NCBI GenBank assembly: GCA_026928325.1
Contig: JAIXKS010000039.1
Coordinates: forward strand, 66,929 to 130,928
Reading direction: 5' to 3'
DNA length: 64,000 bases
From: Chitinophagales bacterium
Lineage (GTDB): Bacteria > Bacteroidota > Bacteroidia > Chitinophagales > Saprospiraceae
This document shows positions 1 through 10,033 of this stretch, piece after piece. The notes under the pieces were generated by a model. That model worked only from the letters and a program-made list of their open reading frames with translations, was not told where the DNA came from and ran no database searches. The translations under genes were made by a program, and so were the position numbers. Each line of letters starts with the position of its first letter. The stretch's first letter is position 1.

Positions 1-607
1 TTTCTTCATTGGCATTTTGAATAAAAACTAAGATGCCATTATATCTATTACTTGGACTTTGATACCTAAATCCAATTCCAAAGGCTGTGCTTTTAGTTTC
101 TTGTTCATTGAAGAAGCCCTTTTGACTGAGCCTTTTATAATTTAAACTAACGGATAAACCATTTTGAAAATTTCTCGAAAAATCGGCACCTACTGCGATA
201 TTATCTTGGCTTCCGGTTTGTGAAAAGAATAGATTGGAAACAGGTCGATTTTGCTCATAAAATCTAAATTGTTCCTTCCTGATTTGATACGTCGCATACT
301 GGGTATATCCCGTATTAAAACCGGTATTTATTTCGAAATCTTTGTAAAGCGAAGATGTGGCACTCCCGTAATTTCCGGTATGGATGAGTACACTTTTTCC
401 AGAGTCATGCACATTCGATAAAAAGACAGGCACTTCTAGTGAATCTATCGCCTCGTAAATTTGGTAAATATCAGAGACATGAACATATCGATAGACCAAA
501 CCTAAGGTATCTTTATATTCTACAAATTGTGGTGCTTTAGTTTCTTGGTCTTCCGTTTGCGCTTGTATCGGCTGTAAAAATAGTAGTAAACCTACACATA
601 AACTCAT
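1..607 (-). CDS. putative outer-membrane porin-like beta-barrel protein, N-terminal part (3' end lies outside the window)
   Basis: Edge ORF absent from the track. Hand translation from the ATG (complement of 605..607) gives MSLCVGLLLFLQPIQAQTEDQETKAPQFVEYKD..., a signal peptide, and stays open to base 1. Tyr/Asn/Gly/Phe-rich like Bacteroidota porins. Confidence 0.5.
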   Translation of the reverse strand, partial: MSLCVGLLLFLQPIQAQTEDQETKAPQFVEYKDTLGLVYRYVHVSDIYQIYEAIDSLEVPVFLSNVHDSGKSVLIHTGNYGSATSSLYKDFEINTGFNTGYTQYATYQIRKEQFRFYEQNRPVSNLFFSQTGSQDNIAVGADFSRNFQNGLSVSLNYKRLSQKGFFNEQETKSTAFGIGFRYQSPSNRYNGILVFIQNANEE

Positions 608-702
608 TTTTATGAGCCATTGGCTGATGTGTTGCTGAGTTATGAGGTTTACAATTGTATTCATGACATTGATTCAATATACTGTCGTACAAAATTGCAA
701 AT

Positions 703-1656
703 CTACGAAAAAAGAGAGTCAACAAAAGCACGTTTGTTAAAAACTTGCAATTGATGGATGCCTTCACCTACACCTATGTATTTAATTGGAATTTTAAATT
801 GATCGGATATACCTAACACGACGCCACCCTTGGCACTACCATCGAGTTTGGTCAAAGCCAGAGCCGTAACATTAGTCGCTGCCGTAAAATGCTTGGCTTG
901 TTCTATGGCATTTTGTCCGGTTGTAGCATCTAAAACCAAAAGCACTTCATGCGGTGCACCGGGATATTTTTTTTCGATGGATCTTTTGATTTTTGATAGC
1001 TCATCCATCAATCCGATTTTGGTGTGAAGTCTTCCAGCTGTATCGATAATCGCCACATCCATTCCATTATTTTGAGCGTATTGTGTTGTTTCGTAAGCTA
1101 CTGCTGCCGGATCTGTATTCATGCCTTTTGAGTAAAATTCAGTGCCTGTTCTTTCAGACCATATCTTGAGTTGGTCAACGGCGGCAGCACGGAAGGTATC
1201 ACCTGCGCCAAGGACAACTTTGTAACCTTTACTTTTGTATTGATGGGCTAATTTTCCGATGGTAGTCGTCTTTCCAACGCCATTGACACCTACCACCATG
1301 ATGATAAATGGGTGAATATCAGACGGCAAATCGTAGTCTTCAATATCAACCGTATTATTTTCGGATAAGATATCAATAATTACGTTTTTGAGAATTGCGT
1401 TTAATTCATCCGTATTGAGATATTTGTCCCGTGCTACGTATTCTTCTAATCGATCTATGATTTTTACAGTGGTTTCTAAACCAACATCCGAAGAAATAAG
1501 GATATTTTCTAGGTCATCTAAAAACTCAATATCTACTTTAGACTTTCCAGCGACTGCCTTGGTGATTTGACTAAAGATACTTGTTTTTGTTTTTTCCAGC
1601 CCTTTGTTCAGATCCTCTTCTTTATCTTTGGAAAAAAACTTTTTAAAAAAGCTCAT
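703..1656 (-). CDS. ftsY: signal recognition particle receptor FtsY
   Basis: 317 aa; SRP-GTPase motifs GVNGVGKTTTIGKLA, DTAGRL, TKLDGSAKGG. Confidence 0.95.
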   Translation of the reverse strand: MSFFKKFFSKDKEEDLNKGLEKTKTSIFSQITKAVAGKSKVDIEFLDDLENILISSDVGLETTVKIIDRLEEYVARDKYLNTDELNAILKNVIIDILSENNTVDIEDYDLPSDIHPFIIMVVGVNGVGKTTTIGKLAHQYKSKGYKVVLGAGDTFRAAAVDQLKIWSERTGTEFYSKGMNTDPAAVAYETTQYAQNNGMDVAIIDTAGRLHTKIGLMDELSKIKRSIEKKYPGAPHEVLLVLDATTGQNAIEQAKHFTAATNVTALALTKLDGSAKGGVVLGISDQFKIPIKYIGVGEGIHQLQVFNKRAFVDSLFS

Positions 1657-1756
1657 ATCAAATAAGAATTAATGGTTAGCAATTATAAATGCGAATAGGG
1701 TTTCTCTTTAAACCAAGAAAAACCCTATGTTTAAGTTTTAAATAACTAAAAGCGGC

Positions 1757-1933
1757 TTATTTGTTTTCCTTCAGAAACTCTTGGACTTTATCCTTATGAA
1801 CCATCGTTTCTTTGTAGGAATATTTGCCTGTAATCGGATCTTTAATAGACTTGATTATTTTCACATGATCTCTACCTGATCCTGCATTCGCTGCTCTCTG
1901 AGCTACTCTTGAGTTTTTAGATACTTTAGCCAT
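1757..1933 (-). CDS. small basic protein of the DUF4295 type that follows rpmG in Bacteroidota
   Basis: 58-aa ORF below the track cutoff, hand translated: MAKVSKNSRVAQRAANAGSGRDHVKIIKSIKDPITGKYSYKETMVHKDKVQEFLKENK. Lies 2 nt downstream of rpmG in the conserved rpmB-rpmG-x order. Confidence 0.65.
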   Translation of the reverse strand: MAKVSKNSRVAQRAANAGSGRDHVKIIKSIKDPITGKYSYKETMVHKDKVQEFLKENK

Positions 1934-1935
1934 TA

Positions 1936-2124
1936 TTATTTAATTTCTTTGTGAACTGTATATTTCTTTAACACCGGATTGTACTTTTTAATTTCCAATC
2001 TGTCAGGATTATTTTTTCTGTTCTTTTCAGTAACATATCTTGACGTACCCGGCATACCACTTGCCTTGTGTTCTGTACACTCTAAAATTATCTGAATTCT
2101 ATTACCTTTTGCTTTCTTTGCCAT
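1936..2124 (-). CDS. rpmG: 50S ribosomal protein L33
   Basis: 62 aa, [20 protein letters not shown]...[21 protein letters not shown], typical L33. Confidence 0.95.
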   Translation of the reverse strand: MAKKAKGNRIQIILECTEHKASGMPGTSRYVTEKNRKNNPDRLEIKKYNPVLKKYTVHKEIK

Positions 2125-2147
2125 GGTTAATTACTTTTTAAAATAAA

Positions 2148-2396
2148 TTAAAGTTTGACACCGGTGTTAACACCTTGATATTTTAATTCTTTAAGATACT
2201 CGTGCAAGCCTTTCTTGTCGATGGTTCTCAATGCACTTGTACTTACTTTCAATTTGACCCACTCACCAGTTTCAGGAATGAAAAACTTTTTCTCCTGAAG
2301 ATTTGGCAAAAATCTTCTTTTTGTCTTGATGTTTGAGTGCGATACTTTGTGACCTTTCATCGGTCTTTTACCTGTTAGTTGGCAAATTTTTGACAT
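2148..2396 (-). CDS. rpmB: 50S ribosomal protein L28
   Basis: 82 aa, MSKICQLTGKRPMKGHKVSHSNIKTKRRFLPNLQ, typical L28. Confidence 0.95.
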   Translation of the reverse strand: MSKICQLTGKRPMKGHKVSHSNIKTKRRFLPNLQEKKFFIPETGEWVKLKVSTSALRTIDKKGLHEYLKELKYQGVNTGVKL

Positions 2397-2461
2397 CTCT
2401 GCTGTATTTAAGTATTATCAATACTAAGGGAAATATTCCCTTTTAAATAATTATTTTTTTG

Positions 2462-2535
2462 TGACTCCGGAAGGATTCGAACCTTCAACCGCCTGATCCG
2501 TAGTCAGGTACTCTATCCAATTAAGCTACGGAGCC
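2462..2535 (-). tRNA. tRNA-Arg (anticodon ACG)
   Basis: The reverse complement folds as a cloverleaf: acceptor GGCTCCG/CGGAGTC, anticodon stem CCTGA/TCAGG with loop CTACGGA, T-arm GAAGG-TTCGAAT-CCTTC, discriminator A. Confidence 0.9.
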
Positions 2536-2799
2536 CGAAGGTTTTCAGTCTATTTGTTTATTTATCAATGATTTATCTTTTAAATCCCAACAAATAGTCT
2601 TCGCTTTCCTTATTTCAGGCTGCAAAGATAAATGTTTTATTTATAACTACAAAAGTTTTTTACAAAATAAATATATATTTTTTTATAATATAAAATAGAT
2701 GGATATGTTTTTAACGGTCGTTCTTGTGGTTTAGCTGCTTTTTTATCCTGTTTTTATTGTTGGATTTGTTGCTACTATCCTCTTGAAATGATTCGGGAT

Positions 2800-3465
2800 T
2801 TATGGATAGGCTGAATTAAAAGCCGGGTGCACGGTTGATTTTGTCTGTTGATTCAATTTGATCTTAATACCAGCTTGGAGGACATAGCTCCTTTCTTGGA
2901 TCGGATAAATGTCGGGTTGAAATGATAAGTCCGGACTGATATCAAAATCCATTAAATGCCGATCGACAAAGGCATCCACAACGGTAATCAAGTGCCCACC
3001 GATAAGCCAAAGCCAAGAATACTCACTCCATTTGCGGTAGTAATCGCGTTGTTGCTTATATCGGTTGGCTAAAGGATCTTCAAGCGCCAAATATTCTAAA
3101 TATTTTTTATTCGATTGTTTGTATTGGTTTCTATTGAAAATAAGCACATAAGTCAAACTTCCATCGATACCCAATGCAAGCGGTACTTTCCACCATTTTT
3201 TATTGTAAATTTGGCCACCAGAGGGTATCACTAATGAATATAAGGCTGCTCTTCCCGGTTTTCCCTTAAACAAGGAGAAAAATCCATTTTTGTTGATGAT
3301 GGTGTCATTTTCGTTATACGCAGATGTGTCGATTAGTATCGGATTGCCAAAAGGGTCGAGATTGGTATGGCTATTAATCTGCGCTTTCAGGCTGCCAGGA
3401 TTACCCAAGAGGGCCATGAGGCTACATATAAAAGCGGTCAGATATAATTTCCTTGGATCAATCAT
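2800..3465 (-). CDS. conserved hypothetical membrane/secreted protein (DUF5683-like, usual neighbour of parB in Bacteroidota)
   Basis: 221 aa, N-terminal signal peptide, positioned directly downstream of parAB. Confidence 0.5.
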   Translation of the reverse strand: MIDPRKLYLTAFICSLMALLGNPGSLKAQINSHTNLDPFGNPILIDTSAYNENDTIINKNGFFSLFKGKPGRAALYSLVIPSGGQIYNKKWWKVPLALGIDGSLTYVLIFNRNQYKQSNKKYLEYLALEDPLANRYKQQRDYYRKWSEYSWLWLIGGHLITVVDAFVDRHLMDFDISPDLSFQPDIYPIQERSYVLQAGIKIKLNQQTKSTVHPAFNSAYP

Positions 3466-3479
3466 GAACTCTGGTTTTG

Positions 3480-4385
3480 TTAGGCATCTTTTAAGATGCT
3501 TTCTGTGATGTTGTTGAAATCTTCATCGGTATTAAATCGGATGATGATGCTCCCACTCCCATCAATGGCGCGTTTGATATCTATCTGTGTACCCAGTTGA
3601 TGGCTCAATTGATCTTTGATTTTCTTTACTTCTGCCGTTATTCCACTTTTTTTGTCAATATTTGGCTTTGTTGTATCGTTTTTGGTGGGATGGTAGGATT
3701 TGATTAAACCCTCAAGAGCTCTGACCGATAGATGTTTGTCTAGTGTCTCTTGGTGAAGCTTCAACTGAAGAATCAAATCATCGATACCGGCTAATGCTCT
3801 GGCATGGCCCATACTCAAAACACCTTCTTTTACGGATGATTGTATTTGTGCCGGTAGTTTGAGCAGCCGTACATAATTGGTAACGGTACTTCTGTCCTTT
3901 CCGACGCGTTCGGATAAGGCTTCATGCGTGAGATTGCATTCGTCCATCAGGCGTTGGTAAGATATGGCAACTTCTACTGCATTTAAATCAGCACGTTGGA
4001 TATTTTCTACAAGAGCCATTTCAAGCATTTCCTGATCATTGGCTACTCGGATGTAGGCCGGAATTTCTTTAAGCCCTGCAATCTTTGAAGCTCGCAAACG
4101 ACGTTCTCCCGAGATGAGTTGGTATTTGGAATTGCCTAGAGATCGAACAGTTATAGGTTGAATTAATCCATTGGCTTGTAAGGATTTGGCGAGTTCTTGC
4201 AATTGATTTTCATCGAATTCTGTACGAGGCTGAAAAGGATTGACCTCGATGTTGTCTGGATCAATCAAAGCTATACTGTGCGTTAATTCACGGACTAACT
4301 GATTCCTTTCTACCGGATTGTTGGTTTTTTCAATATTGTTTAGTAAAGACCTGAGGCCTTTGGATACTTCACTCTTTTTATTCAT
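3480..4385 (-). CDS. parB: chromosome partitioning protein ParB/Spo0J
   Basis: 301 aa; ParB box LISGERRLRAS, HTH region, directly downstream of parA. Confidence 0.9.
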   Translation of the reverse strand: MNKKSEVSKGLRSLLNNIEKTNNPVERNQLVRELTHSIALIDPDNIEVNPFQPRTEFDENQLQELAKSLQANGLIQPITVRSLGNSKYQLISGERRLRASKIAGLKEIPAYIRVANDQEMLEMALVENIQRADLNAVEVAISYQRLMDECNLTHEALSERVGKDRSTVTNYVRLLKLPAQIQSSVKEGVLSMGHARALAGIDDLILQLKLHQETLDKHLSVRALEGLIKSYHPTKNDTTKPNIDKKSGITAEVKKIKDQLSHQLGTQIDIKRAIDGSGSIIIRFNTDEDFNNITESILKDA

Positions 4386-4393
4386 GTCTCGTG

Positions 4394-5179
4394 TTAGTTT
4401 TGAAATATTTTTTCTGTTTCTTGAATGGTTAAAAATTCTTTGGCCAAATTTAAAAAATTAATAGCACCCTTACTCGTTACGTCATAGACAATCACTGGTT
4501 GTCCTAGGGATGGCGCTTCACCGATTTTGCTATTTCGATGAATGATGGTTTCAAATATACGATCTGTAATAATGGAGCGGATTTCTTGAATGACCATATT
4601 CGCCATTCGTAGTCTTTGGTCGTACATGGAGAGCACCACGCCTTCGATTTGCAAATCTGGGTTGATGGATTGTTGTATAAGATTAATAGTGTCTTTAAGC
4701 TTTCCAAAGCCTTCTAATGAGAAAAATTCACATTGAACAGGGACGATGATGCTATCTGCTGCCGTGAGTGCATTTAATGTAATGAGACCTAGCGATGGCA
4801 AACAATCTATAAAGATATAATCGTATTCATCTTTGATGTTTTTTACCAAGTCCTTCATCTTAAATTCTCTATTGGGCGCATTGACCAATTCGATTTCAGC
4901 GCCTACAAGGTCTATGGATGATGGAAGGATATATAAGTTGGGCGTTTCCGTAAGGATAATGCCGTTTTGAGGATTTGCACCTTCTGTAAGGCATTCGTAC
5001 GTTGTAATTCCAATGTTTTCCGGCTTGACGCCAACACCTGAAGTAGCATTGGCTTGAGGATCTGCGTCGATAATGAGCACTTTATGATCTAAAACAGCTA
5101 ACGCTGCCGCTAGATTAATGGCCATCGTTGTTTTTCCAACACCACCTTTTTGATTTGCTATCGCAATGACTTTACCCAT
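4394..5179 (-). CDS. parA: chromosome partitioning ATPase ParA/Soj
   Basis: 261 aa; deviant Walker A NQKGGVGKTT, IIDADPQ motif. Confidence 0.9.
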   Translation of the reverse strand: MGKVIAIANQKGGVGKTTMAINLAAALAVLDHKVLIIDADPQANATSGVGVKPENIGITTYECLTEGANPQNGIILTETPNLYILPSSIDLVGAEIELVNAPNREFKMKDLVKNIKDEYDYIFIDCLPSLGLITLNALTAADSIIVPVQCEFFSLEGFGKLKDTINLIQQSINPDLQIEGVVLSMYDQRLRMANMVIQEIRSIITDRIFETIIHRNSKIGEAPSLGQPVIVYDVTSKGAINFLNLAKEFLTIQETEKIFQN

Positions 5180-5181
5180 AT

Positions 5182-5862
5182 TTATAATTCTATGCTTTGA
5201 CCAACGGTTAATAAAATTAATTCTTTCCCCATTTTTTTGAAATGCGCTTTAGCGGCTTCATGGTCGATTTTAATATAACCGAAAGTGTCGAAGTGACAGC
5301 CTATGATTGTATCGCATTCAATGTATTGTGCGGCTATGGCTGCATCTTCATATCCCATCGTGAAGTTATCGCCGATCGGTAATATTGCAAAGTTCAGCTT
5401 AGGACACGTCAAAGGAATCAATTTCATATCCATGGTGAGGGCTGTATCTCCAGCAAAATAAAAACTGGTCTGATCATCCCAAATGACAAAACCACCGGAA
5501 GCACCGCCATAACTTCCATCAGGTAACATACTCGAATGAATTGCATTTACGTATTTGACATAACCGAAGTCCATTTTGAACTTGCCGCCCAAATTCATGG
5601 GATGTCCTTCCACGCCTTTTTCTCCAAACCAAGATACGACTTCGAAGTTAGAAATAATCTTTGCTTGATTGTTTTTTGCGATTTCTTCGGCATTTTCTAC
5701 GTGGTCGCTATGTCCATGAGATATTAATACATAATCCGCCTGTAAGGCTTGGACATTGATGTCTGCTGCCAAAGGGTTGGAAGTGATCATAGGATCAAAA
5801 ATCAACTTTGTACCATTGAAATCGACCTGAAACGATGATTGGCCAAGATATCGAAGTGTCAT
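5182..5862 (-). CDS. metal-dependent hydrolase, metallo-beta-lactamase fold (UPF0173-like)
   Basis: 226 aa; HGHSDH motif, typical length. Confidence 0.75.
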   Translation of the reverse strand: MTLRYLGQSSFQVDFNGTKLIFDPMITSNPLAADINVQALQADYVLISHGHSDHVENAEEIAKNNQAKIISNFEVVSWFGEKGVEGHPMNLGGKFKMDFGYVKYVNAIHSSMLPDGSYGGASGGFVIWDDQTSFYFAGDTALTMDMKLIPLTCPKLNFAILPIGDNFTMGYEDAAIAAQYIECDTIIGCHFDTFGYIKIDHEAAKAHFKKMGKELILLTVGQSIEL

Positions 5863-6072
5863 GACTGAAAAAAATTAAATGATATTACAATAAACTTTAA
5901 TGTTCAATATGCAGATTATATTTCAAATAAAACCATTTTCCAAGTAAAATATTGATTTACATGGGTTTAAAATGAGCCGCAAAGGTACGATATTTTCCTT
6001 AATTAAGGAAATGATTTGATTTAATAAAATTTTGCAGCATAGTATAGTGTGTGATTCATTGTGAAATGAACC

Positions 6073-7086
6073 TTAATTTACATTGCCCGTTTTTACAATA
6101 TCTATTTTTAACTCTATGGTTTGTCCTGGGCTCGGAGTGATAGAGGTGACTTCAGGAATCGCTTTGTACGAAGGAACATTGTTAGGAAATTCGGTAAAAT
6201 AGCCAAGAATTACCTTTCTGAGTACTGTTAAGTCAGAGGCGGTTAGTCGTTGATCTCCGTTGACATCGGCAGCTGCTACCTGATAATCCTGACTCAACAA
6301 TCCCAATCCTAGTATATGCCTTTGAATAATAACGATATCTAGTGCAGAAATATCCGAAGTATAGGCTTCTGCATTACTTTTCATGATAACGACGGGATCT
6401 TGCATTGACGGATATTCGTCACTAGGATAATTAAAAGTGTATTGGTTCTGGCTATTTTTTAATATTTCGATTTGAGGCGAATCACTATGCTTAGGTTTTA
6501 AGTAAAACTGGATTGCATCATCTGGATCCGGAGCTAAAGCATGTAATTCTGGCGTAAAATGATAGGTCGTTGAGACTTGGATTTTCTTACTTCTAGCTAT
6601 ACTGATTGCTTGGTCAATATCATTGAAAAAAACGGGATATTGCATGGTTCTGTCCGGAGCTATCACGACAAAAGAAGGCGTTCCATACCATGAGCCATAT
6701 ATGCCATCCTTAAATTCATAGGATAGCGCTAGTGCACCACCATCTACGCTAATACCTTTCATAGTTTGGTCATATTTGTGTTCAAAGGCAATAACTTCGG
6801 GATCAAAATCAGTAGGAATCGTTGTAACGCTGAAAAATTCAACATCTTGAGCACCTGCTCCATAATCGATGTACTTCTGCTGGAAATAGGGCGCATTGGC
6901 GATACATGGCGGACACGTAGTAAAGAAAAATTTGATTACAACGACTTTGTTGTTGTTTAAATAATCTTCGTAGAGCCTGTGCGTTTGTCCGGTCACATCG
7001 GTAACTGTAAAATTGTGAAGCGTTTGTCCAAAAACAAAGGAAGAAGCCATAATTAAGATGACCAAAGTAAGAAAACGTGCTTTCAT
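6073..7086 (-). CDS. secreted thioredoxin-fold (TlpA/redoxin-like) protein with C-terminal dockerin-like repeat
   Basis: 337 aa; signal peptide, CPPC redox motif, DVNGDQRLTASDLTVLRKVILG dockerin-type Ca-binding repeat. Confidence 0.55.
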   Translation of the reverse strand: MKARFLTLVILIMASSFVFGQTLHNFTVTDVTGQTHRLYEDYLNNNKVVVIKFFFTTCPPCIANAPYFQQKYIDYGAGAQDVEFFSVTTIPTDFDPEVIAFEHKYDQTMKGISVDGGALALSYEFKDGIYGSWYGTPSFVVIAPDRTMQYPVFFNDIDQAISIARSKKIQVSTTYHFTPELHALAPDPDDAIQFYLKPKHSDSPQIEILKNSQNQYTFNYPSDEYPSMQDPVVIMKSNAEAYTSDISALDIVIIQRHILGLGLLSQDYQVAAADVNGDQRLTASDLTVLRKVILGYFTEFPNNVPSYKAIPEVTSITPSPGQTIELKIDIVKTGNVN

Positions 7087-7204
7087 GATTCCTATTGTGT
7101 TGATGATTATGATACAAATATATAGCGTTTATTTTTATTTGACTAAAAAAAAATAATTTTGACTGAAATTTCTTCTAATTTTGTATCATTGCATGATTTA
7201 TATA

Positions 7205-8431
7205 ATGAAGCATATGTTGAGCATCCGGACAATGCGTATTTGCATCTTGATATTAGGAGTAGGGTTGTTCCTTTCATTTTCGAAGCCCGAATCGTGGGGT
7301 TTTTATGGCCATAAGTTGATAAACCGAATGGCTGTATTTACGTTGCCACCGGAGATGTTTGGTTTTTATAAGAAACACATTGAATACCTCACAGAACATG
7401 CTGTTGATCCCGACAAAAGAAGGTACGCAACCAAGCACGAAGGTCCTCGTCATTTTATAGATATCGATCGATGGGATAAAATTCCTTTTGATGAAGTGCC
7501 ACGTGATTTTGAAGAGGCCATTATCAAGCATTGCAGCATTAAACTGATATCGGGTAGTGATTCGCTATATTTTGATAAAACGATTACGCAAGATTCATTC
7601 ATCTTGAACATGTCACATTTTGGTGGTATCCACTTGGCTATTGATTATCCTACGTTTGTAAAATATTGGAAAAAAGTTGTAAAACCTTTGTACTACGAAG
7701 ACGAATGGAGATTGTCCGGATATGATTTTGACGAATTGTTTCAAACGACCTATTTTCAAAAGAACAAGGTGGATATCTTAATTGAAGACCATTTTTCTGA
7801 ATACGGTATTGTTCCTTATCAGCTGGAGATGCACCTAGCTCGGCTGACTTATGCTTTTGAAAAGAAGGATTTGTGGATGATTTTGCGTTTATCGTCGGAG
7901 TTTGGTCATTATATAGCTGATGCTCATGTTCCCTTGCATACAACCGAGAACTATAATGGACAGTTGACAAATCAAGTGGGTATTCATGCATTTTGGGAGT
8001 CGGTCATTCCTGAGTTTTTTGCAGAAAAGGAATTTGATTTTTTTGTTGGAAAAGCCGAGTATATTGAAAATCCAAAGGATTTTATTTGGGATATCGTTAT
8101 TCAATCTCATAGTCATTTGGATAGTGTTTTAGCTATAGAATTGCGATTGAGCCAGACTTTTGATTCTGATCGACAATATTGTTATGACGAAAGATTAGGT
8201 AGAACCGTACGGATGCAGTGTGAATCATACGCTAAAGCCTATATGAAGGCAATGGGTACCATGGTCGAAGATCAAATGCGCGCTTCTATCCACGCCGTTG
8301 GATCGTTAATCTATACTGCATGGGTAAATGCGGGACAGCCCGTATTGGATGATGCTCAATATGTTGAAATCGATATACAGCCTATTGTCCCGGATAAAGA
8401 TGTCAAAGCAAGACCTCATGAAAATGAGTGA
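7205..8431 (+). CDS. S1/P1 nuclease / zinc-dependent phospholipase C superfamily protein
   Basis: WGFYGHKLI immediately after the signal/TM segment and HYIADAHVPLHT metal-ligand motifs. Start uncertain: ATGs at 7193, 7205 and 7214, and the track uses TTG at 7181. Confidence 0.5.
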   Translation: MKHMLSIRTMRICILILGVGLFLSFSKPESWGFYGHKLINRMAVFTLPPEMFGFYKKHIEYLTEHAVDPDKRRYATKHEGPRHFIDIDRWDKIPFDEVPRDFEEAIIKHCSIKLISGSDSLYFDKTITQDSFILNMSHFGGIHLAIDYPTFVKYWKKVVKPLYYEDEWRLSGYDFDELFQTTYFQKNKVDILIEDHFSEYGIVPYQLEMHLARLTYAFEKKDLWMILRLSSEFGHYIADAHVPLHTTENYNGQLTNQVGIHAFWESVIPEFFAEKEFDFFVGKAEYIENPKDFIWDIVIQSHSHLDSVLAIELRLSQTFDSDRQYCYDERLGRTVRMQCESYAKAYMKAMGTMVEDQMRASIHAVGSLIYTAWVNAGQPVLDDAQYVEIDIQPIVPDKDVKARPHENE

Positions 8432-8581
8432 AGTATATTATGACATTCATTGATTAATTCAGCTATCTTCTTACAATACTATTTTGCTCGTTTGCAGATA
8501 AGCGTATTGTTCTACTTGAGTTACCATTGTGCTTTATATTGCTAATGATGGCAAACCCGAAAGGGTAGGTAGATAAGCAGC

Positions 8582-9295
8582 TTATTCTAATTCTCTTAGG
8601 TATAGTTGAATGGTGTTTTTTAAACCTAAATATAAGGCATCACAAAAAACTGCATGGCCAATGGAAACTTCAAGCAAATTAGGAATATTGGCCTTAAAAA
8701 ATTTCAAATTGTCTAAATTGAGATCATGGCCGGCATTGATACCTAAATCAATTGAGTTCGCGTATTTTGCAGCTTTGGCAAAAGGTGCTATTGCTGTGTC
8801 TCTATCCTGATGGTATTGATCGGCGTATGGTCCTGTATAAAATTCTATTCTGTCGGCACCTAGCTCTTTGGCTGCGTACAATCTGTCTTCTATAGGATCG
8901 ATAAATAAACTCACTCTAATCCCGTGGTCGTGCAGTCTTTGTACCGTTTTCTTTAGGAAATCTTGATGTTGGATTGTATCCCAACCATCATCTGAAGTGA
9001 GCGCATCCGGAAGATCTGGTACCAAGGTACATTGATGAGGTTTATTGGCTATAACTAAAGATAAAAACGCTTCTGATGGGTAACCTTCTATATTAAATTC
9101 AGTAGTTACGACCTCCTTGAGTGCAGGAATATCATCATATTTGACATGCCTTTGGTCAGGTCTTGGGTGCACTGTGATGCCTTGTGCTCCGAAATTTTCA
9201 CAATCCCTAGCAGTTTTCAGCAAATCGGGATAATTGGCGCCTCTAGAATTTCGAATTAAGGCTACTTTATTGATGTTGACACTAAATAAAGTCAT
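8582..9295 (-). CDS. pdxJ: pyridoxine 5'-phosphate synthase
   Basis: 237 aa; LFSVNINKVALIRNSRG...ITVHPRPDQRH, typical PdxJ. Confidence 0.9.
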   Translation of the reverse strand: MTLFSVNINKVALIRNSRGANYPDLLKTARDCENFGAQGITVHPRPDQRHVKYDDIPALKEVVTTEFNIEGYPSEAFLSLVIANKPHQCTLVPDLPDALTSDDGWDTIQHQDFLKKTVQRLHDHGIRVSLFIDPIEDRLYAAKELGADRIEFYTGPYADQYHQDRDTAIAPFAKAAKYANSIDLGINAGHDLNLDNLKFFKANIPNLLEVSIGHAVFCDALYLGLKNTIQLYLRELE

Positions 9296-9316
9296 AGCAT
9301 ATTAAATGTAGATTGA

Positions 9317-9901
9317 TTAGGACTCGGTAGATTTTTTGCTGTTGATGATGTCTCTGATTTTTGCGGCTTTTTCGTAATCTTCCTTTTCAAGTGCTGCATC
9401 CAAAAGCTTTTCAAGGCTTGAAATGCTCATTTCTTCGATGGCTTCGGCTTTGGATTTCTTAGGTTTCGTTACCGGTTTTTCTTCGTTTTCCTCATCTAAG
9501 ATGACACCGGCGCTTTCCATAATAAACTCATAAGTATAGATAGGACATTCGTATCGTACTGCCATGGCAATAGCATCGGAAGTCCGCGCATCAATCTGAA
9601 TGACATTTCCGTTTTGTTCACAAACGAGTTGTGCAAAAAAGATTCCGTCCAATAGATTATTGATAATCACTTCTCTGAGTTCTATATTAAATGAATCTAG
9701 TGTATTTTTAAATAAATCGTGGGTTAAAGGTCGATTAGGATTCATATTTTCAAGGGCTACCGCTATGGCTTGTGCTTCAAAACCACCAATGATAATAGGT
9801 AATCTGCGTTTGCCAACTTCTTCTCCCAAGATAACAGCGTAATTATGCGACTGAGTAACGCTGTGGGATAATGCCATAATGGATAATTTTATTTTCTTCA
9901 T
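9317..9901 (-). CDS. bifunctional nuclease (BFN/DUF151) with C-terminal UVR motif
   Basis: 194 aa; LPIIIGGFEAQAIA...RPLTHDL core, C-terminal EDYEKAAKIRD UVR-like helix. Confidence 0.7.
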   Translation of the reverse strand: MKKIKLSIMALSHSVTQSHNYAVILGEEVGKRRLPIIIGGFEAQAIAVALENMNPNRPLTHDLFKNTLDSFNIELREVIINNLLDGIFFAQLVCEQNGNVIQIDARTSDAIAMAVRYECPIYTYEFIMESAGVILDEENEEKPVTKPKKSKAEAIEEMSISSLEKLLDAALEKEDYEKAAKIRDIINSKKSTES

Positions 9902-10033
9902 TCCTGATATGTATGAATCCTTTCTTTAATGGTTGATTGATAATAATCTAATATGTAATAAATGATGTTTGCGTACAATTTGTTTCGGATGTCAGATAGA
10001 AGTATAACTCCAATCATATACAATCTATTGTGA

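Noticed and set aside
537-767. 76-aa minus-strand ORF spanning the ftsY 3' end and the porin gene start
   Set aside because: It overlaps two better-supported genes in other frames, and its sequence is low-complexity.
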